Shown here: positions 24,701-64,000 of the stretch, one piece after another
Layout: each line of letters begins with the position of its first letter
How positions within the stretch are numbered: position 1 is the first letter of the stretch
From: Eledone cirrhosa
Taxonomy: Eukaryota
Length of the DNA: 64,000 bases
Reading direction: 5' to 3'
Assembly: GCA_964016885.1 (NCBI GenBank)
Contig: OZ024751.1
Location: 50,778,001-50,842,000, forward strand
Notes under the pieces: model-generated
Told to the model about the DNA's origin: nothing
Database searches by the model: none
The model's input: only the letters and a program-made list of their open reading frames with translations
Position numbers and translations under genes: made by a program

Positions 24701-27380
24701 ATAGTGATTTAGAGATTGCTCTCGTCCTGAAAGTTGCAAGGTTGCCTTAAAGACAGTATATAGTGATTTAGAGATTGCTCTCGTCCTGAAAGTTGCAAGG
24801 TTGCCTTAAAGACAGTATATAGTGACTTAGAGATTGCTCTCGTCCTGAAAGTTGCAAGGTTGCCTTAAAGACAGTATATAGTGATTTAGAGATTGCTCTC
24901 GTCCTGAAAGTTTCAAGGTTGCCTTAAAGACAGTATATAGGGATTTAGAGATTGCTCTCGTCCTGAAAGTTTCAAGGTTGCCTTAAAGACAGTATATAGT
25001 GATTTAGAGATTGCTCTCGTCCTGAAAGTTGCAAGGTTGCCTTAAAGACAGTATATAGTGATTTAGAGATTGCTCGCGTCCTGAAAGTTGCAAGGTTGCC
25101 TTAAAGACAGTATATAGTGATTTAGAGATTGATCTCGTCCTGAAAGTTGCAAGGTTGCCTTAAAGACAGTATATAGTGATTTAGAGATTGATCTCGTCCT
25201 GAAAGTTGCAAGGTTGCCTTAAAGACAGTATATAGTGATTTAGAGATTGATCTCGTCCTGAAAGTTGCAAGGTTGCCTTAAAGAGAGTATATAGTGATTT
25301 AGAGATTGATCTCGTCCTGAAAGTTGCAAGGTTGCCTTAAAGACAGTATATAGTGATTTAGAGATTGATCTCGTCCTGAAAGTTGCAAGGTTGCCTTAAA
25401 GACAGTATATAGTGATTTAGAGATTGATCTCGTCCTGAAAGTTGCAAGGTTGCCTTAAAGACAGTATATAGTGATTTAGAGATTGATCTCGTCCTGAAAG
25501 TTGCAAGGTTGCCTTAAAGACAGTATATAGTGATTTAGAGATTGATCTCGTCCTGAAAGTTGCAAGGTTGCCTTAAAGAGAGTATATAGTGATTTAGAGA
25601 TTGATCTCGTCCTGAAAGTTGCAAGGTTGCCTTAAAGACAGTATATAGTGATTTAGAGATTGATCTCGTCCTGAAAGTTGCAAGGTTGCCTTAAAGACAG
25701 TATATAGTGATTTAGAGATTGATCTCGTCCTGAAAGTTGCAAGGTTGCCTTAAAGACAGTATATAGTGATTTAGAGATTGCTCTCGTCCTGAAAGTTGCA
25801 AGGTTGCCTTAAAGACAGTATATAGTGATTTAGAGATTGCTCTCGTCCTGAAAGTTGCAAGGTTGCCTTAAAGACAGTATATAGTGATTTAGAGATTGCT
25901 CTCGTCCTGAAAGTTGCAAGGTTGCCTTAAAGACAGTATATAGTGATTTAGAGATTGCTCTCGTCCTGAAAGTTTCAAGGTTGCCTTAAAGACAGTATAT
26001 AGTGATTTAGAGATTGCTCTCGTCCTGAAAGTTGCAAGGTTGCCTTAAAGACAGTATATAGTGATTTAGAGATTGCTCTCGTCCTGAAAGTTGCAAGGTT
26101 GCCTTAAAGACAGTATATAGTGATTTAGAGATTGCTCTCGTCCTGAAAGTTGCAAGGTTGCCTTAAAGACAGTATATAGTGACTTAGAGATTGCTCTCGT
26201 CCTGAAAGTTGCAAGGTTGCCTTAAAGACAGTATATAGTGATTTAGAGATTGCTCTCGTCCTGAAAGTTTCAAGGTTGCCTTAAAGACAGTATATAGGGA
26301 TTTAGAGATTGCTCTCGTCCTGAAAGTTTCAAGGTTGCCTTACAGACAGTATATAGTGATTTAGAGATTGCTCTCGTCCTGAAAGTTGCAAGGTTGCCTT
26401 AAAGACAGTATATAGTGATTTAGAGATTGCTCGCGTCCTGAAAGTTGCAAGGTTGCCTTAAAGACAGTATATAGTGATTTAGAGATTGATCTCGTCCTGA
26501 AAGTTGCAAGGTTGCCTTAAAGACAGTATATAGTGATTTAGAGATTGATCTCGTCCTGAAAGTTGCAAGGTTGCCTTAAAGACAGTATATAGTGATTTAG
26601 AGATTGATCTCGTCCTGAAAGTTGCAAGGTTGCCTTAAAGAGAGTATATAGTGATTTAGAGATTGATCTCGTCCTGAAAGTTGCAAGGTTGCCTTAAAGA
26701 CAGTATATAGTGATTTAGAGATTGATCTCGTCCTGAAAGTTGCAAGGTTGCCTTAAAGACAGTATATAGTGATTTAGAGATTGCTCTCGTACTGAAAGTT
26801 GCAAGGTTGTTTGTTGTCAAAGTTCACAAAAGGGCTGGAAGCTGTTGACAGTAATTTTACAGCAATAGCCAAACCCAAAAAGCTTGCTAGGGGTCCTAAT
26901 ACTATCAAAACACCCACATTTGTACGAAAGGTGCAGAAAATTATTGATAAGAACCTCCGAAATTCAATTAGCGCCATTGCTAAGGAGCTCAAGTAGCTGA
27001 AACACGCTATCAGAAGAACTGTACACGAGGAACTCCGATACAAGTCGTATATGATGCAGAAAGGCCAATTCGTGTCTGCAAAGACAAAAGACAACCATCT
27101 AATCCGCGAAACATCAAGAACATGGAATGCTTTGGTTTTTCTCTGTTAACAAAGCTCAGCCGAAAGAATGGTAGATGTTTTGCAGGGACTCTAAAGAAGT
27201 ACCAACGGTCATGCACATAAAGTTTCCAACAATTGTGATGGTTCTGGGAGTCGTGAGTAATGAGGGAGATGTCATGCCTCCTCACTTCTTTCCTTGGGGG
27301 CTTCAGGGCTACTGACTATAAGGTGTTGGAGAGGGTTGGAGAGGGTTGTGAGACCTTGGAACGTGAACAAAGGAAGACTG
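21770..27380 (+). mobile_element. Dead Tc1/mariner-superfamily (maT/Bmmar1 DD37D-like) transposon interrupted by an internal satellite
   Basis: Collapsing the array gives MKRHAVIIALKTVYSDLEIALVLKVARLFVVKVHK...TIKTPTFVRKVQKIID...AIAKELK*...IRRTVHEELRYKSYMMQKGQF...MLWFFS...VPTVMHIKFPTIVMVLGVVSNEGDVMPPHFF, typical maT transposase motifs with stops and frameshifts; flanked by (TA)n. Confidence 0.85.
21910..26809. repeat. 59-bp satellite, about 83 copies, with higher-order structure
   Basis: Unit TGCCTTAAAGACAGTATATAGTGATTTAGAGATTGCTCTCGTCCTGAAAGTTGCAAGGT at 21911, 21970 and onward. Confidence 0.98.
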
Positions 27381-27474
27381 CATACATATATATATATATA
27401 TATATATATAGCGAAGGAAAAGTGGTAAGGAACCAGGTGGACCATAACGCTCAGCCGTCGGGGTCTTACTTACT

Positions 27475-27518
<44 letters not shown>

Positions 27519-27995
27519 ATATGTAAGCATCACTCTCATTCTGTCTATGGATTTATCTATCACTCTCCATCTATCTACCTATTTGTTTATCTATCTATTT
27601 ATCTGTCTATCTATCTATCTCTCAATCTATTTATTTATCTATCTATCTATCTATCTATCTATTTATCTATCTATCTATCTACTATTTATGTATCTGTATA
27701 TCCTTATACATTTCCTTCCACCACCCCATCAACACGTCGCATTCCCACGTCCTGTCATGAAAGCCTCCACCACCACCTCATCGTCCACTACGACCTCCAT
27801 CTCCTCCTCCTTCTTACTCTAACTCTTCAGACAGATATTTCAACTATAAGGATTTACAATCACGCAATATAACATTGTGGGCATGAAGGGGTTATAAAGA
27901 GGATTACTTTACTTTAAAGTCTAGAAACATAAACTCATTCCAATTCCTTTCTTATAGCCAATAAATACACTTACTCTCTCTCTCTCTCTGTCTTC

Positions 27996-28026
<31 letters not shown>

Positions 28027-28027
28027 C

Positions 28028-28093
<66 letters not shown>

Positions 28094-28463
28094 CTCTTCT
28101 TTATTTATTTATCTATTAATTAACACTGATTTTCGTATGTCTTTCTTTTATTTCAATCACATTTCAGTCTGTCTTCTATACTTTTGTCTTTGATTTTTGT
28201 TTGTTTTTTTCTTTCTTTGTTTTTGTTAGTTTTCTTTTTCTTTTGCTGTGTGTGGTTTTTTTTGTCTATTTTTTCTGGAGGGGGGGGGGTATTGTTATAT
28301 CTTTTTGTAGAGGGTGATGGCTTCATTGAATTTCCGCGTATTTTTCATCATTTTTTGTCATTTTTGTCAGAGTTTAGTTGCGTTTTATACTTCTTTCTTT
28401 TCTCTATTTTGGCTTTCTTACTTTTCTGTTTTCTCTCTATATATATATATATACTTATATATA

Positions 28464-28566
<103 letters not shown>

Positions 28567-28861
28567 GTAAGTATATATATATATGACTGTCTGTCTGTCT
28601 ATCTATCTGTCTATCTATCTCTTTCACCCCCTCTCTCTTTATCTCCTATATTTCAGTTTTCACCCAATCTCCCCCTTTATCCCTCCTTTCACTTTTTCTA
28701 CGTGCCCCTCTCAGTTGATTATCTTCGTTTTCTTTGTTATTTTTATATTTATGGTTGTCTTTTCGCGTTACCTTGTCTCTTAATGCTATTATGTTCTGCC
28801 GTTTTGATTTATTGTTGTTGTAATTTAGCCAGAGGCTTTGTGAAATTGTCTTCAATCATGG

Positions 28862-28897
28862 TATAAATAGCGGACAAATACCGAAGAAGATTCATTT
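28862..28897 (+). promoter_or_regulatory. Candidate TATA plus Inr core promoter for the second CDA-like gene
   Basis: TATAAATAG at 28862 with TCATT about 30 bp downstream; a splice acceptor (tttctag, 30107) lies 11 nt before the ATG, implying a 5'UTR intron. Confidence 0.35.
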
Positions 28898-30118
28898 TGC
28901 AGGAGCAACAGGCAACAAACAAAAGGACAATAACTTATACGAAAGAAGATCTAGAGGACAAAAATATATATATATTTACATATATATATACATATGTTCC
29001 TTTTAAATTATTTGCCTTGGTGTGGACTTTATGCAACTCACAGTTAATTTTTTTCAAAGTTTTTAGACAAAAAAATGAAGAGGTTCCAGGATATTTACAC
29101 ATAAGTAACTGAAATACACTTCAAGAGCAATACTTTTCAATGAAATAATTTTGTTACTCTTCTATGGAAGAAAAATTAGATGAATAGATTTTTAATTTAG
29201 ACGCAAAGCCATCAAATTTGGGAGAAGGGAAAAGTTGATTAAATCAACCCCAGAACTTGATTGATACTTTATTTTATCGACCCTGGAAGGATGAAATGGC
29301 AAAGTTGACCTCGGCAGTATTTGAACAAATAACGCAATAACATTTTATTCAACGTACTACTAATTCTGCCAATCCACTATCTTAAATAAGAAGATAGACC
29401 AAAAGCTTAAGGTAAACACAAAGGATAATGTCTTAAGCATATTTCAGTTCTGAGGTAATTCGACGTTTTTGGTAATATTCTTCGTGGAAAGAAGTAAAGA
29501 AAAATCAAAAAAATCAGAAGAAAAAAACAACAGTGTATTTTTTTTTTTAATTCGGAAGAAATTAATGACGGAATTTATTTGACATAATTTTCAAAAAGAG
29601 AATTCCTTAAGAAAAGTTTAACGTCAAGGACAGCACGTATAAAATGAGGTGTGTATATGAATATATATGTACATATGATGAGTATGTGTATTTTTCTGCG
29701 TATTGAATATCGTTTGTGTAGATTTGCATGATTAATATTGAATGTATCATTGACGATAGAATATCAATCTATTTTGTCAGTTATCTATATGTTTGGTATT
29801 TGCTTTGTTTTATCAACTTAAACTCTGTTATTGCTGACAATAATCAACAACACAAACACCAACTCCATAATCAACATTATTACTGACAAAAACAGTCATT
29901 ACAGCAACATTTCCTTCAAACCACAGCCTATCATCTCATGATAAAGAAGAGAAAAATACATTAAATAAAGACAGGCTGATCACGGCCAGAATGCTTTTGT
30001 TCGTAGTTATTCTCGCTCAGGGTTAACCTGGGGCTGAAAATCACCACCAGCCCAACAACAACAACAACAACAATACCAACAATAATAAGTCACCCTCATA
30101 TTTCTAGTAACAATCACT

Positions 30119-33100
30119 ATGAACTCTCAATCGTTTTTCGTCTTGTCTTTGGCAGTTATTTCCGCGTTTGTCGTGTCCTCTAGCATTCGTAATACACCAC
30201 ATGAGTGCAAAAGATGTGCAGCTATAGGTCACTGCAGTCTACCAAATTGCTCATGTTGTGGTTATGCAATCCCCGGTAAAAAATCCCAAAGACCTCAATT
30301 GGTTTACTTCTCGTTCGACGATGCAGTGACAGTTCGAAATGGTCCACTTTACGAGGAATTATTCAACGAAAACCGTACAAATCCAAACGGGTGTCCCATC
30401 TCGATGACTCTGTTCGTGTCGCACAACGACACTGATTATAGCTTGGTGAAGCAGTTCTATAGCAAAGGAATGGATATAGCCGTACATGGCGTCAACCACA
30501 TAAGACCTCAGAACGCTCTTCAGTTTTCATATGAGGCACTCGGTCAGCGGTTCAATCTCGCCAATAATTCAGAGATACCCCAAGAGGAAATTGTCGGTTT
30601 TAGAAGTCCATTTTTGATAGCTTACGGAAACGAACAATATGAAATACTGAGCAAGGCAGGTTTTGTCTATGATTCAACTTTGACTATCACCAAGACGTCG
30701 CTAGTTGAAGAATCCCCTATTCCGTTTACATTGGATTGCGGTTGGCCCTATCCTTGCAGCATTCCTGAATGTCCCACTGAACATATTAACGGCTTCTGGG
30801 AAGTACCCATCGTCACAGTCATTGATAAACAAGGTCATTATCCTTGTGTCTATGTGGATGGATGTGCGAACTCTCCAACAAACGAAGAAGAATCTTTTAA
30901 TTTCTTACTAGAAAATTTCATGAGTTACTACACAATGAACAAGGCACCGTTTGGCTTAAACATGCATTCAACATGGCTGTTACAAGAGTACGAAACGAAC
31001 CCATACCGAATGAAAGCCATGAATAGATTCTTAGATTATATCCTTAGTCTTGATGACGTTTACGTAATTAACATGAAACAAATTGTAGAATGGATGAAGT
31101 ACCAACCTACGTTGAAAGATCTATCTAACTTTGTCCCGTTCCAATGTTCCAGCCAAACCAACAGTTCCCTAAACCAAACCGGTAGTTCTCTAAACCAAAC
31201 CGACAATTCCCTAAACCAAACCGATAAGTCTCTAAACCAAACTGACAGTTCACCAAACCAAACCACCGGTTCCCTAAACCAAATCGACAGTACTCTAAAG
31301 TTATCCACTGATTCTCCAATCCAATCCATAGTTTCTGAAGAAACACTTTCTTTAACAAGATTAGCAACGACTGTCTTGATGTCAGAAACTACAACAAACG
31401 TGATGGCAGAAGACACGGAAGTGGACAATAATAACGAAGCAAACATAAGGACACAATCGATACAAATCCAACAAATTCCTGATAACTCCATATCGGAAGA
31501 TCATTTTCAGTCTACACCATCTCAAACGCAGCCGATAAGTAACAGTTTTATATCGACGAGACAAGTAATTCTCTCGACACCGACTCCTTTGAATGTAGCC
31601 AGTCGAAATGAATTTGAAGACATTCCTCTGGTGTCACAAACTCAATTGAATGAGTTTACTGTGAGGGAAAGGACTTCCAATAATGTCCCTGGTTCTCAGA
31701 CAACTTCCGTTCTCCGTAAGCGATCGCCGGAAACGAACGCTTCACTTGATAAACAGAACGGAGATGAAACTGTGATTACTCAGAGTTTTACTGATGGAAT
31801 CGCAGAAGAGGCCAACAAAAATACAAGACACTTATCTAATCAAGAAAGTTCTAATTCGAACACACACAGGAGAAATGAGAACAACCAAGGAAATATTGAC
31901 ATCAATAGACATTCGTTTCATGATGTCTTTCGTAGAAAATCGAGTTTATTCCGTCTGGCAGCCGCTCTGGTGCTGGAAAATGACATGGATCTACAGAAAA
32001 TAATTACAAAAGATTCCTCCAACCATGATGGGGCTGTAATATTAGTTGCAAAGAATAATTCGATAGAAAAGCAACTTCTTACAAACAAGGAGTTTCGTGA
32101 ACCGGTAATATTAATCCACAACAAACAGCAGAGGTTGAATTATGAAAACCGTTTGAAAGAATTACACGATGTAAGACCGGAAACAACGACGAAAAATTTA
32201 TCAAAAGTCAAACTAACTGAAAGTCGTCAAATGGAAAATTCCAACATACCATCATCAGATACAACTGAAAATATTTTACCGAAAGAAGAAATTCTTTCAT
32301 CTAAAAAGACCAAACTTCTTTCGCTAGTAAGGAGGAAATATCTAAAAATGAAATACGCGAAACAAAGAAAGCCTTCCTCAGATTATACTCCTGGAATAAA
32401 CATTTATAACCGAGGAAGACGAACTCGACTTGGTCGCCCAGTAATTCTTCCAGCTAAATATGCAAGATCTGCTTTATTACCAGGCATCGAAAAATCTCAA
32501 GAATATTCTGCAGACTCGTTAGAAAGACAATTGAAACAAACTAGCTACAACAACAACAATAATAATAACAGTCCTTCAAAATCTAATGATGAAAGCAATG
32601 TTTCAGTTACAGAATTCTGTCAACAAGGCAGAAACTGTAAAAGACCAGATTGCCAATGTCAACAATTCTATATTACAAACGATTTGAAGAAAATTCCTCA
32701 ATTCGTTTATTTCACTTACGAAGGACCTATCAATTCTTCGATAGCAGACAAACTTAAAGAACTTTTTCATGCTGAAAGGTTGAATGCAAACGGATGCCGG
32801 GTTAAAAACACCTTGTTTGTCACTTCGGAAGGATCCAATTACACCTCTATCAAAGAGCTTTACGACGAAGGAATGGAAATCGCACTGCACGGACTCAAAA
32901 CGAAGAGTTTGACCGATAAGCTTTTGAATATAGAAATAGCCTTGCAGAAGTATCTGCTTAATCGATATGCCAATATATCTCACGATGAAATAGCTGGTTG
33001 GCGAAATATCGATCTTCATTCGAATGGAAATATTCAGTTTAGGAATTTACAAAACAGTAATATGCTGTATGATTCATCGATGTTTGTGATGACAAATTTA

Positions 33101-33544
33101 GAAAACAGGACTGGGGTTTGGCCGTCGACTTTAGATTTTGGATGGAAGAACAATTGCTTGCTACAACAATGTCCTACTAAAACATTTAAGGGTATTTGGG
33201 AAATTCCTGCTGTTCCTTATGTCGGAATTAAAAAAAGATATTTGTGTAAATTTGTGGACAGTTGTTATAACAAACCTCGAACTGCGGTGCAAACCTATGA
33301 TCTCCTTCTCAATAACTTTATGGCTTTTTATAAAAGAGACCGAACGCCGTTCGGTGTTCGCTTGCGAACAGAATGGTTTCTACCGAGCAACGAAGAAAAC
33401 CTGAAAGGTTTAAACGCTTTTCTGGGCCTGGTTGAGGAATTGACTGATGTATACATTGTCAGTCTGAAAGGATTGATTGCCTGGATGAAAGATCCGATTA
33501 TTCCTGATGATGAAAACCTTTCACCTTCAAAGATCGGCTGTTAA
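30119..33544 (+). CDS. Secreted two-domain chitin deacetylase-like protein (intact N-terminal CE4 domain, Ser/Thr-rich linker, degenerate C-terminal CE4 domain), 1141 aa
   Basis: Signal peptide MNSQSFFVLSLAVISAFVVSS; domain 1 has SFDD, HGVNH, RSPF, YDS and LNMH motifs; domain 2 has TYEG, HGLKT, RNID and VRLR; single uninterrupted ORF. Confidence 0.93.
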   Translation: MNSQSFFVLSLAVISAFVVSSSIRNTPHECKRCAAIGHCSLPNCSCCGYAIPGKKSQRPQLVYFSFDDAVTVRNGPLYEELFNENRTNPNGCPISMTLFVSHNDTDYSLVKQFYSKGMDIAVHGVNHIRPQNALQFSYEALGQRFNLANNSEIPQEEIVGFRSPFLIAYGNEQYEILSKAGFVYDSTLTITKTSLVEESPIPFTLDCGWPYPCSIPECPTEHINGFWEVPIVTVIDKQGHYPCVYVDGCANSPTNEEESFNFLLENFMSYYTMNKAPFGLNMHSTWLLQEYETNPYRMKAMNRFLDYILSLDDVYVINMKQIVEWMKYQPTLKDLSNFVPFQCSSQTNSSLNQTGSSLNQTDNSLNQTDKSLNQTDSSPNQTTGSLNQIDSTLKLSTDSPIQSIVSEETLSLTRLATTVLMSETTTNVMAEDTEVDNNNEANIRTQSIQIQQIPDNSISEDHFQSTPSQTQPISNSFISTRQVILSTPTPLNVASRNEFEDIPLVSQTQLNEFTVRERTSNNVPGSQTTSVLRKRSPETNASLDKQNGDETVITQSFTDGIAEEANKNTRHLSNQESSNSNTHRRNENNQGNIDINRHSFHDVFRRKSSLFRLAAALVLENDMDLQKIITKDSSNHDGAVILVAKNNSIEKQLLTNKEFREPVILIHNKQQRLNYENRLKELHDVRPETTTKNLSKVKLTESRQMENSNIPSSDTTENILPKEEILSSKKTKLLSLVRRKYLKMKYAKQRKPSSDYTPGINIYNRGRRTRLGRPVILPAKYARSALLPGIEKSQEYSADSLERQLKQTSYNNNNNNNSPSKSNDESNVSVTEFCQQGRNCKRPDCQCQQFYITNDLKKIPQFVYFTYEGPINSSIADKLKELFHAERLNANGCRVKNTLFVTSEGSNYTSIKELYDEGMEIALHGLKTKSLTDKLLNIEIALQKYLLNRYANISHDEIAGWRNIDLHSNGNIQFRNLQNSNMLYDSSMFVMTNLENRTGVWPSTLDFGWKNNCLLQQCPTKTFKGIWEIPAVPYVGIKKRYLCKFVDSCYNKPRTAVQTYDLLLNNFMAFYKRDRTPFGVRLRTEWFLPSNEENLKGLNAFLGLVEELTDVYIVSLKGLIAWMKDPIIPDDENLSPSKIGC

Positions 33545-33646
33545 AATACGTCAGAGACTTTCATACTTTCCAAAACATGCTTGTGTTTTGTTTATGTTGT
33601 GTTGGGGAATGAGAAGTTCTTGGAATTATTATCGAAACAATAAGAA

Positions 33647-33727
33647 AATATTGTGAAAATATTGTGAAGATATTGTGAAAATATTGTGAAAATATTGTGA
33701 AGATATTGTGAAGATATTGTGAAAATA
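33647..33727. repeat. 11-bp tandem repeat (AATATTGTGAA), about 7 copies, in presumptive 3'UTR
   Basis: Direct reading. Confidence 0.85.
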
Positions 33728-33871
33728 TGTTAACCCAAACATCATGTAAATATTATTGACTTTTTTCTCTCATCTAATCTCAAGAAAAAATACCATTTAA
33801 AAATATAATTATAAAACTGTATAGAGGCATTATCATTTTAACGTATCATAGTACATTATCAGAACATCATC

Positions 33872-33972
33872 ATAATTATAATCCATTATCATAAACAATT
33901 ATAATCCGTTATCATAAACAATTATAATCCATTATCATAAACAATTATAATCCGTTATCATAAACAATTATG
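33872..33972. repeat. Tandem repeat of about 23 bp (TTATAATCCRTTATCATAAACAA), four copies
   Basis: Direct reading. Confidence 0.8.
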
Positions 33973-34539
33973 ATGACCGATTATCATAAAAACTATAATG
34001 ATCCGTTAAAGTCTTTACTTTGGTTTACTGCAAATGTTCACAGTGATCTGTTCTCTATAAACATTTGAAGAATGAACCCGTTTTCAGATATTTTCTGCTA
34101 AATCGTTCGAGGTTTTAAAGTTAATTAGGTTAAAGTATTATTGATCTTAAAGTAATCATAACATGAAAATATTATTTCTACGTTATCAACCCATTATTTT
34201 AACCAGCAAACTCCACCCCAGATTATTGAAGAAATACAAATACCTTTGCATTATGAAAACAATACAAACGTTATTATAACTTTTCAGTGCTAGTCAAGCT
34301 CGGTGTGGATTGAACTCAGAACGTAAAGGGACGTAACTAAAAATCGATTTCTTAAACAGAATATTTTTGTTTGTTTGTTTGTTTCTCATTGTTTTTGTTG
34401 CTGTTTTTTGGGGGAAGGGGGGTCGTTTTTTTTTTGTTGATTTTTTTATGGGGGTGTATTTTGCAGAAAGAAGGAAATATATTTGACTAAACCAAACTCA
34501 ATACCTGAAACGTAGGTGATAACGAAATACCGCAAAACA

Positions 34540-34870
34540 TGTCATCGAACGCAGTAACGATTCTACCAATCTACCGCCCTAAATATTGATTTCTAATCTA
34601 GACTCAAGGCCAGTAAATATTGAGGAAGACCAAAGTTGATTAAATCAATTCAAGTACTTGTTTGGTATTTTATTTTATCGATTCTGGAAAGATGGAAAGT
34701 AAAGTTGAGCTCGGGTGAGATTTGAATTTCTTTGTGCTAATAATGGTTTCTGATTTAGGCACAAGGCCAACAATTAAATCGACCCCAGTGTTACTGGTAC
34801 TTTATTTTATCGACCCCGTAAGGATGAATGGTAAAGCAAGCCTCAGTGGGATTTGAACACAGAACGTAAA
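34540..34870 (-). mobile_element. Cluster of degraded SINE copies
   Basis: Shared ggtactttattttatcgaccc...gatttgaa body, twice. Confidence 0.7.
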
Positions 34871-35385
34871 GAATTTTTTGAAAGATGCGAAAAATTTATT
34901 TCTAATCCTGATCTGGGCCTGCAAGGTACCGGACACGATACTAGAGGCGAACAGAAGTCCTTTCAAAGTTGAAGTTGGCTGATTTTTTTTTTTTTACTAG
35001 GTTGAGGTTATCAGATATTCACTAGGTCCTGAACCGACATACCGGTTGAACCACCCTCTTATACACCCTCATAGACACACACACATACATAGTTAGACAT
35101 ACACATACACACATACATGCACACACACAAACACGTATGCATATTTACACACCAACGCACTGAAACATACTTAGTTATACACCACACATACACAAACATA
35201 CACACACAAACATACACACACAAACAAACACAAAGACACATACACAAACATGCACACTGATACACAAACACACACATAAACACACACGCATACACACTGA
35301 CACATACACACTCACATAACCACGCACATAACCACGCACACAAACACACACACACACACACATACACATATACATACACGTACGC

Positions 35386-35472
<87 letters not shown>

Positions 35473-35560
35473 CTATTTCTCCAAAGGTGTTTTATCGATC
35501 CCGTAAGGATGAATGTGCTTCTTTTTTTCCCCTCTGTTGAATCTTTGATTTCTAGAAAAT

Positions 35561-60725
<25,165 letters not shown>

Positions 60726-60845
60726 CTAAAATAAATGTTATAAGATTATATATCATGAGAACAAGGACAATACTATTAATAATAACAGTATTTCAATGTA
60801 AAAAGGGGAAATGTCTTGTGTAACTGGTATTGAATTATAAGTATT

Positions 60846-63223
<2,378 letters not shown>

Positions 63224-64000
63224 CAACCACGCAGTATTCATTCTTCTCATGTTTTTTATATATATTTTCCCCAGCTGCGTTTGTCTGTTTCTCTCTTACT
63301 GCTTCCCCCATCTCTCTGTTTCTCTCACCTTCTTTCGCCCCTTCTGTCAGTTACACTTTCTCTCGACTGGCCTCTTCCTCGCACTTCCACTCACTCACTC
63401 TCTGTTTCTCCCCTTCTCACTTCCTCCCGTTTGGCCTGAAGTGGGGTCCTTTCTTGCTCACACCTCACTCGCGTCACACGGTCTGTTGTTTCTCGCTCAT
63501 GAAATCCACACAGCTTAAGCTGATTGGACTCCCATGTGCTTGTTTTTTCCTATCTTTGCGTTGCTATCCTTCTACGTTTGTTTATTTGTCTCGCTCGCTT
63601 TACGCGCTTTACTTGTCCCAATAACTTTATTTAGCTATTGCTCGCACCAACTGGAGGTATATGATTTTTAAAGCGATGAAATACCAATGAAGGTTGGAAA
63701 ATCACTGATGAAGGACTATTTTTTTCATATGTAACCCATGTGAAACCACGCAGAACTCACTTCTTCTCATGTTTTTTATATATATATATATATATATGGA
63801 TGGAATCAGTTTGAAACTGGTTAGACTATTACTCAACAGAGTACTCAATACTTGGGGTAGTAGAGTATGGTGATATTAATAATAATAATAATGAAATTAT
63901 TGTGTACAGTGCTCAGGTGCACTACAACTCATCAAAGGTGCATGTATAGTACATAGAATAATGTACAAATGTCAGGAAAATAAACAGTGTATGAGTCATG

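Noticed and set aside
21910-26809. CRISPR or coding-repeat reading of the 59-bp array
   Set aside because: No spacers; 59 is not a multiple of 3 and stops occur once the frame shifts

Overview
Eukaryotic, AT-rich, microsatellite-dense genomic DNA. The SINE/LINE repertoire resembles that of octopod cephalopods (inference from repeat families, not verified). Three protein-coding genes are supported. Two are plus-strand paralogues with uninterrupted ORFs encoding secreted CE4/chitin-deacetylase-like proteins: about 12838-15378 carries one degenerate domain behind a long orphan N-terminus, and 30119-33544 carries one catalytically intact domain plus one degenerate domain. The third is a convergent, 5'-truncated minus-strand WD40-repeat gene, reconstructed by hand as 19 phase-consistent exons (60725 to 35561). 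The rest is repeats: a 7.5 kb AAC/AGT array, a 71-bp x16 array, and a 59-bp x83 satellite grown out of the HTH-coding segment of a dead maT/mariner-like transposase. There is also an inverted Penelope-like element, many foldback elements embedded in (TA)n, at least nine hammerhead-ribozyme motifs (including a 525-nt retrozyme-like tandem), SINEs and LINE fragments. No CRISPR, rRNA or tRNA gene was seen.
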